A stretch of 13,511 nucleotides of DNA. Origin: Gemmatimonadaceae bacterium. Its GTDB lineage: Bacteria > Gemmatimonadota > Gemmatimonadetes > Gemmatimonadales > Gemmatimonadaceae. The stretch lies in contig JBBDYA010000117.1 of assembly GCA_040902005.1 (NCBI GenBank), forward strand, positions 1 through 13,511, read 5' to 3'. The notes beneath the pieces are model-generated. The model searched no databases. It was not told where the DNA came from and saw only the letters and a program-made list of their open reading frames with translations. Numbering within the stretch: position 1 is the first letter of the stretch; every line of letters starts with the position of its first letter. This document shows, piece by piece, positions 8,174 to 13,511 of this stretch. The position numbers and the translations under genes were made by a program.

Positions 8174-8218
8174 CGTCCTGTCGGTACGGGCTGGGGTAGC
8201 GATCTACACAGTATGACG

Positions 8219-8245
8219 TACGCGGCCGGCGCCAGGTAAGTTGCA
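8219..8245 (-). promoter_or_regulatory. Possible ECF-sigma promoter TGCAAC-N17-CGTA upstream of the DUF442-like gene
   Basis: Minus strand reads TGCAAC ttacctggcgccggccg CGTA, resembling the AAC/CGT ECF consensus. An alternative -10-like CATACT lies just downstream. Confidence 0.3.
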
Positions 8246-8251
8246 GGAGCG

Positions 8252-8788
8252 TCAGCGTCCGGCGGCCGGGTTGGCGATCGTCCGGTCGAGCACCAGCGTC
8301 TCGATCACGGTATCCCAGGCATCGTCGCACTGCGCGCGGTCCACGCTCCGGAATTCATACGTGATGAGGCAGTGCACGCTTCCGCGCCGGGCCACGCAGA
8401 CGCGGAAGCACATGCCGTGGCTCGCGAGCCACGCCTGCTCGGGCGTGAAGGTCAGCTCGCGCCAGGACAGCTCGATGCCACGCCGGAACTCCTCGCGCAA
8501 CGGCCCGCACGTCGCGCGCTCCCTGGGCCTCGACGTAACCCGGTCCACGAGGTCGGCGACCGGAAGCTCCGACCAGTCGGCCGGCGGCAGCCGCAGGTAG
8601 GACACCTCGAGCCGGTTGCCGTCCGGCGGCTTCCGGTCGAACAGCGCCACGCTCGTGCCGGACGGCTGGGACGACCAGGATCGCGGGTAGTCGAACTGCA
8701 CCGCGCCGCGATCGAGCACGATCGCCTTGCATCCGTCGCGCGTCGTCCACGAGTGGCGCGGCAGCAGGCGTCGAAGGTCCCAGGGCAT
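8252..8788 (-). CDS. Conserved hypothetical protein (178 aa), possibly PsbP/Mog1/DcrB-like fold
   Basis: Protein-like composition with DRGAVQFDYPRSW, DRKPPD, LPPADWS, LITYEF, WDTVIETL. An N-terminal F.YP..W and a C-terminal helix resemble the PsbP-like pattern (inference). TATCGT sits 6 nt before the ATG. Confidence 0.75.
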   Translation of the reverse strand: MPWDLRRLLPRHSWTTRDGCKAIVLDRGAVQFDYPRSWSSQPSGTSVALFDRKPPDGNRLEVSYLRLPPADWSELPVADLVDRVTSRPRERATCGPLREEFRRGIELSWRELTFTPEQAWLASHGMCFRVCVARRGSVHCLITYEFRSVDRAQCDDAWDTVIETLVLDRTIANPAAGR

Positions 8789-8998
8789 GGAAGCACGATA
8801 CGGCGGGCGCGCGCGGGTGCGTCACCGAAACGATGCTGCCATGGCCATTGTCTTCCCGCGAGCGGGGTGACCCATGGACTCGGCTGCGTCGCCGAGCGTA
8901 TGATTCAGTATGCGCGCAAACGGCCGGATCGGCGTGAAAAAGGTGGTGGTGGACATCGCCGGCGGTTGTATGGTGACGGCAGACTTTCGTCATGACCA

Positions 8999-9313
8999 AT
9001 GGCGCTATCCAGACGACTGCCCCGACATCTGCGCGACGCCCTTGGCCCTCAGGCGGGGGAGGAGTTCGTGCTGATCCTTGAGGAGATGCGACGCGAGTCG
9101 CAGGCTCTGTCAGCGCGACTGGACGCGCGCTTCGACCGGATCGATCAGCGACTCGACCGGATCGACGTGCGGTTCGATCGCATGGACGAACGCTTCACCG
9201 CGCTGGACCGGCGCGTGGCAGACGTGAAGTCGGACCTGATGAAGTGGTCGTTCCTGTTCTGGTGCGGGTCCGTGACGGCGATCGCGCTGCTCGCCCGCGT
9301 GCTCGAGCGCTGA
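8999..9313 (+). CDS. Small coiled-coil protein with C-terminal membrane anchor (DUF1640/CCDC90-like, 104 aa)
   Basis: N-terminal LPRHLRDALGPQAGEEFV, heptad repeats RFDRIDQ/RLDRIDV/RFDRMDE/RFTALDR, then KSDLMKWSFLFW plus a hydrophobic tail. Confidence 0.8.
   Translation: MALSRRLPRHLRDALGPQAGEEFVLILEEMRRESQALSARLDARFDRIDQRLDRIDVRFDRMDERFTALDRRVADVKSDLMKWSFLFWCGSVTAIALLARVLER
9122..9205 (+). repeat. Four imperfect 21-bp in-frame tandem repeats encoding heptads
   Basis: GACGCGCGCTTCGACCGGATC / GATCAGCGACTCGACCGGATC / GACGTGCGGTTCGATCGCATG / GACGAACGCTTCACCGCGCTG. Confidence 0.75.
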
Positions 9314-9409
9314 GCCCACGCGTTCGTCAGAGGTGACCTTTCGCCGGTCTGGGGCCCGGTCGCACGAACCCCGCGATGCAGCGCGTCGACGATCCCCGCA
9401 TATTGAGGC

Positions 9410-10192
9410 GTGATTCAACGCGTTCACGCCACTGACGATGTCGAGCTCGAGATCGCCGAGTTGATCGGCAATGCCGTGCGGCCGTGGCGCGTGGTGCTGT
9501 TCGGCAGCCGCGCGCGTGGGTCGGCGTCGGACGGAAGCGACTATGACATCTATGTAGAGTTGAACTCCGCGGCCGACCGGGCGGCATTGAAGGAGCACGA
9601 GCGATTGATTCGCGCCGCGCTGAACGGGAAACGCTGGTACATCGACCTCAAGGTGCGCCCGCGCGGCGAGATCGAGCGGCGGCGCGACGATCCGGGAACC
9701 ATCGAGTGGGACGTCGCGCGCGAGGGCCGGATTCTCTTCGCGGCTTCGGCCGCCGCGCGCACGATGGCCCCGGCTGCACGCGTTCGCGAGCCGCACCCGG
9801 AGCCGCCCGAATCCGTGCAGGAGTGGCTGCGCGCCGCTGACCATGACATCCGGCACGCCGAGATGCATCAGCACGCGATTGACGAATATGCGCCGGAGAT
9901 CTGTTGGCTGTCGCACCAGGCGGTGGAGAAGTTCATGAAGGCGCTGCTGGTGGCGAACCGCGTTCGTCCGGCGCGAACGCACGACCTGGTGAAGCTGCTC
10001 TCGGCGCTGCGCGCCTCAGGGCAGGCGCTCCCGGGACTCGACGAGGATTGCCGGCTGCTGACCACGCACGCGATCCTTCCGCGCTATCCGGCCGGCCTCG
10101 ATCTGGGCGTCGAGGACGCGACCGCGGCGTTCGCGGCCGCACAGCGCGTGGTCGCCGCTGTGCGCCACGGACTTCCGCCCGCGATCCACTAA
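9410..10192 (+). CDS. Fused minimal nucleotidyltransferase (MNT) - HEPN domain protein (260 aa)
   Basis: N-half LFGSRARGSASDGSDYD (GS-x10-DxD), later IDL and REGRILF. C-half EWLRAADHDIRHA, ICWLSHQAVEKFMKALL, RTHDLVKLL, RYP, DATAAFAAAQRV, which is the PF05168-type HEPN pattern. No stop between the domains. Confidence 0.9.
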   Translation: MIQRVHATDDVELEIAELIGNAVRPWRVVLFGSRARGSASDGSDYDIYVELNSAADRAALKEHERLIRAALNGKRWYIDLKVRPRGEIERRRDDPGTIEWDVAREGRILFAASAAARTMAPAARVREPHPEPPESVQEWLRAADHDIRHAEMHQHAIDEYAPEICWLSHQAVEKFMKALLVANRVRPARTHDLVKLLSALRASGQALPGLDEDCRLLTTHAILPRYPAGLDLGVEDATAAFAAAQRVVAAVRHGLPPAIH

Positions 10193-10263
10193 GTGGGTCC
10201 GCGCGCGGGGCGAAGAGGACGGTGCGTGCGAGATGCGCTGAAAGGGACGCCAGCCGTCGGGGG

Positions 10264-10662
10264 TCAAGGGCCTGAGTACTGCACCAGATCCCAGAGGTTG
10301 CCGTATAAGTCCGCGAAGACCGCGACGGTTCCGTACGGGGCCTCGCTCGGCGGACGCACGAACCGGACGCCCGCGGCGGTGAGCCGCTCGTAGTCGCGCC
10401 GGAAGTCGTCGGTACCAAGGAACAGGAAGACGCGCCCGCCCGTCTGATTGCCGACGGCCTTCTCCTGCTCCGGGTTCGAGGCGCGCGCGAGAATCAGCGA
10501 GGCACCGCCGGAGCCGGCCGGCGCCACGACGACCCAGCGCTTGTCCTGCTCCGGCTGGTACGTGTCCTCCACGAGGGTAAAGCCGAGTATGCCGGTGAAC
10601 CAGGCAATGGCTTCGTCGTAGTCGCGCACGACAAGCGCGACGTGGGCGATGGAATGCTTCAT
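10264..10662 (-). CDS. VOC family (glyoxalase/bleomycin resistance/dioxygenase) protein
   Basis: IAHVALVVRDYDEAIAWF...LGFTLVED...KRWVVVAP...GNQTGGRVFLFL...PYGTVAVFADLYGNLWDL; GAGGTG Shine-Dalgarno upstream. Confidence 0.93.
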   Translation of the reverse strand: MKHSIAHVALVVRDYDEAIAWFTGILGFTLVEDTYQPEQDKRWVVVAPAGSGGASLILARASNPEQEKAVGNQTGGRVFLFLGTDDFRRDYERLTAAGVRFVRPPSEAPYGTVAVFADLYGNLWDLVQYSGP

Positions 10663-10690
10663 GTCACCTCGGAGGGCGAGTGGGCGCGGC

Positions 10691-13384
10691 TTACTCGCCG
10701 CGCAACACGACCGCGGGGTCGGTCCGCGCCGCGCGGTGTGCCGGGAGCAACGTGGCCATCAGGGACACCAGCACGAGCAGCGCTGTCGCGAGCGAGAATT
10801 CGACACCGCTGGTGGGTTCCACTTCGTAGAGCAGTGCGCCCAGAAACCTCGTTGCGCTGACGGCAGCAAGCAGCCCGGCGCCCGTACCAATCGCCACCAG
10901 TCTCAGGCCGTCGCGGAACACCATCGAGCCGACGCGCCCTGGCGCGGCACCAAGGGCCAGGCGAATTCCGAATTCGCGCACGCGTCCCGCTGCCGCATAC
11001 GCCACGACGCTGTACACCCCGATGACCCCGAGCAGGAGCGCGGCGCCGCCCGCGACCGCGATGAGGAGCATGTTGAGTCGCACGCGCGCCGTGGCGTCGT
11101 CCACGAACGAGCTCAGTGTGCGCATGTCGGTCGCTGGCACGCGGGGGTCCAGCTCGCCCACGATCGCCTGAATTGTCGACGCGACAGGCAGCTGCGTCCC
11201 CCGGATCGCGTACTGCACGTCCCTCGGCTCGTATGGCACGGGCTCGCTGTCGGCCGGGAGTCCGTCGCTGTCCCGCAGCAGGGGAAAGTACAGCATCGGT
11301 ACGTAGCCGCGCTCGATCCGATCCCAGTGCACGTCGCCGACCACGCCGACGATCGTGAACGCCGGGGCGTCGGCGCGGTCCGGTCTCGTGACGCGGCGAC
11401 CGACGACGTCCGGTGTCCCGAACAGGCTCATCGCGAGGCGTTCGCTCACCACCACCGCAGGTGTGCCGCGCATGTCGCCGGGCCGGAAGCTTCGCCCGGC
11501 GCGCAGCGGAATCCCCATGGTCCGGAAATACTCCGCGCTCGCCATGTTGTCCGCGGCCGCCACTACTCGCCCTTCCTCCGCGTCTGCCTGAAGCTGCAAC
11601 CAGAGATTCGGTTCGCCGCGGCTTGCGAGGGGCAGGCGCATTGCGGCAGCAACAGACGTCACGCCGGGCAGCGCGGCCAGCTGGTCCATCGTCTTCGCAT
11701 GGAACGCAGCCATTGCCGCGTACGAAGGGTAGGGGGTCGGTCCCCACGGCAGGGACACCTGGTAGGTCATCGCGTTCGCTGGCTCGAACCCGATGTCCGC
11801 GTTGCGCAGGTTCCAGAAGCTGCGGCCCAGCAGGCTCGCAGCGACGAGTAGCATGAGCGCGGTCGCCACCTGGAAGGCGACGAGGCCGTTCTGTGCGCGC
11901 CGCCAGGCGCGGCTCGAAGTCGAGCGCACTGAGCGGACCCGGTCGAACAGCCGGCCGAGCCTCGTGCGCGTGAGGGCGGTCAGCCCGACGGCGGCGCCGA
12001 TCAGGGTCGCGCTCCCGAGCACCAGCGCGACCGTCTCCATGGTGAAGGCAACTTCATGAAGACGCGGAATCTCACGCTCGCTGAAGCCGAACTTGGTGGA
12101 CAACGCCAGTGCAGCGGCTGGGAGCGCAACCAGCGCGGACGCGAGACCGAGCACTACTCCCTCGACGACGAAGCGGTGCGCCAGCGCCAGTCGGCTGGCG
12201 CCGAGTGAGAGGGCGATGGCGATCTCCTGGCCGGCGCGCTCGGTGCGCAGGAGGAAGAGGTTCACCACGTTTGCCGTGGCGATGAGGAGCACGACCGCGA
12301 CGAGAAGGCCGAGGAGCACGATCTGGGCGCGCACCGGGGCGACGGTGGCTGTCTTGAGCGATTGGACATTGACCCGCGCGCGGCTGCGCTGGAGTATCTC
12401 TGGAGTGATCTCCGGGAAGCGTTCCGCGAGGCCCGGCACGAGCGCGTTCAGTTCGGCCTCGGCAGTGGCCGCGTCGATGCCGTCGCGCAGGCGGCCGATG
12501 ACGTTGTAGCCGCGGTTGCTGATGGATGGACTCCTGACGGGCGTCGGTGCGGGGTAGAAGATGTCCACCGATGGCGTCGGAAAGTCGAAGGAGCGGGGCA
12601 GGATGCCGATGACATCGCGGTCGCCGCGGTTGATGGCGATACGGCGGCCGATGATCGACGGATCTGCGCCATAGCGCCGCCTCCAGAGGTTCTCCGAGAT
12701 GAGAATGGGGATGCGGCCGGTGTACCACGAGGTGTCGCCAGGCTCGAAGAGCTGGCCGAGGAGGGGGCGCGCACCGAGCAGCGTCAGGGTGCTCGGCGTC
12801 ATGCTGGCGATCGTTACCCGCTCCGGGGCGTCACCGTCGGTTATGACGAACGCGTCGCTGGTGGAGTACGCGCCCAGCTCCGAGAACGAGCGCGCGCCCG
12901 TGGCGAAGTGGAGGTACGTGGGGCCGGAGTGCAGGTCACCCGGCGCGTCAATGCCATCCGTGACGAAACCGACGCGCACGAGCTGGTCGGGCTCGGGGTA
13001 GGGAAGGTCGCGCAGCAAAACGCCAAACACGATGGTGCCGATGCCGATCGCGGCGCCGATTCCGATGCCGAGCGTCGCGATGACGCCGGCCGCGAATCCC
13101 GGCGCACGGTGAATGCGACGGAGCGCGAAGCGTGCGTCACGAACGAGGTTGTCGAGAGCGACCACACCGCGCGCGTCCCGGGCCTCCTCGCGATAGCGCT
13201 GCTGACCGCCGAAGCGGAGCAGGGCGGCGCGCCGGGCGTCCGCCGGCTGCATGCCACGCCGGACGTTCTCCGCGATTTCCATCTCGATATGGAAAAGGAA
13301 CTCCTCGTCCTGCTCGGCAACGTGCTGCGAGCGGCGGAACAGTTCGCGAAAGCGCGTGAGGGCCGCGCGCATCCTGTGCAGCAT
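10691..13384 (-). CDS. ADOP-family duplicated ABC permease (prefix domain + 2x MacB_PCD/FtsX, 897 aa)
   Basis: DEEFLFHIEME...ARRAALLRFGG prefix; DARFALRRIHRAPGF..TLGIGIGA; VLLIATANVVNL..EIAIALSLGASR; GVYSVVAY..REFGIRLALGA; PAHRAARTDPAVVLRGE. GGGAGG Shine-Dalgarno lies in the tail of the upstream gene. Confidence 0.93.
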   Translation of the reverse strand: MLHRMRAALTRFRELFRRSQHVAEQDEEFLFHIEMEIAENVRRGMQPADARRAALLRFGGQQRYREEARDARGVVALDNLVRDARFALRRIHRAPGFAAGVIATLGIGIGAAIGIGTIVFGVLLRDLPYPEPDQLVRVGFVTDGIDAPGDLHSGPTYLHFATGARSFSELGAYSTSDAFVITDGDAPERVTIASMTPSTLTLLGARPLLGQLFEPGDTSWYTGRIPILISENLWRRRYGADPSIIGRRIAINRGDRDVIGILPRSFDFPTPSVDIFYPAPTPVRSPSISNRGYNVIGRLRDGIDAATAEAELNALVPGLAERFPEITPEILQRSRARVNVQSLKTATVAPVRAQIVLLGLLVAVVLLIATANVVNLFLLRTERAGQEIAIALSLGASRLALAHRFVVEGVVLGLASALVALPAAALALSTKFGFSEREIPRLHEVAFTMETVALVLGSATLIGAAVGLTALTRTRLGRLFDRVRSVRSTSSRAWRRAQNGLVAFQVATALMLLVAASLLGRSFWNLRNADIGFEPANAMTYQVSLPWGPTPYPSYAAMAAFHAKTMDQLAALPGVTSVAAAMRLPLASRGEPNLWLQLQADAEEGRVVAAADNMASAEYFRTMGIPLRAGRSFRPGDMRGTPAVVVSERLAMSLFGTPDVVGRRVTRPDRADAPAFTIVGVVGDVHWDRIERGYVPMLYFPLLRDSDGLPADSEPVPYEPRDVQYAIRGTQLPVASTIQAIVGELDPRVPATDMRTLSSFVDDATARVRLNMLLIAVAGGAALLLGVIGVYSVVAYAAAGRVREFGIRLALGAAPGRVGSMVFRDGLRLVAIGTGAGLLAAVSATRFLGALLYEVEPTSGVEFSLATALLVLVSLMATLLPAHRAARTDPAVVLRGE

Positions 13385-13389
13385 GGGGA

Positions 13390-13511
13390 TCAGTCCTCCC
13401 GAAGGAGCCTGGCCGGGTCCACGCGTGAGGCACGCCGTGCCGGCACCCAGGTGGCGATCCCCGCGGTCATCAGGAGCACGCCAATCGCCGAGGCAAACGA
13501 CACGACGTCCA
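13390..13511 (-). CDS. C-terminus of a second ADOP/MacB-FtsX permease (5' part outside window)
   Basis: Hand translation: ...DVVSFASAIGVLLMTAGIATWVPARRASRVDPARLLRED*, with the typical PARRAxxxDP..LRxE/D ending; stop is 5 bp before the next ATG. Confidence 0.88.
   Translation of the reverse strand, partial: DVVSFASAIGVLLMTAGIATWVPARRASRVDPARLLRED

Noticed and set aside
8905..8990. Possible c-di-GMP-I riboswitch (GCAAAC...GAAA)
   Set aside because: The required P1/P2 pairing and conserved downstream motif could not be built.
9122..9205. 21-bp repeats as a CRISPR array
   Set aside because: No spacers, degenerate, in frame within a coding sequence, and no cas genes.
10649..11851. 400-aa plus-strand ORF and 362-aa alternative-frame ORF
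   Set aside because: Shadow frames of the ADOP permease.

Overview
High-GC bacterial chromosomal window. Gene content and style suggest Gemmatimonadota or Acidobacteriota (inference only). From left to right: (1) a minus-strand two-component operon, consisting of a beta-propeller/Y_Y_Y/HisKA_3 sensor kinase and a NarL/LuxR response regulator that runs off the left edge and is missing from the ORF track; (2) a divergent tldD-tldE (PmbA) metalloprotease pair, where TldD has a twin-arginine signal and Asp in place of the usual Cys metal ligand; (3) a ~200 bp nested fold-back element bracketed by CTAGC; (4) three minus-strand genes encoding a 4-TM protein, a secreted DUF442/Blh-like C-x4-R protein and a conserved hypothetical; (5) a heptad-repeat coiled-coil tail-anchored protein and a single-chain MNT-HEPN fusion; (6) a VOC/glyoxalase gene downstream of two tandem ADOP-type MacB/FtsX duplicated permeases, the second truncated by the right edge. 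I saw no rRNA, tRNA, CRISPR array or transposase. The best leads are the apparently exported TldDE paired with an extracellular-sensing kinase, the fused MNT-HEPN, and the fold-back element.
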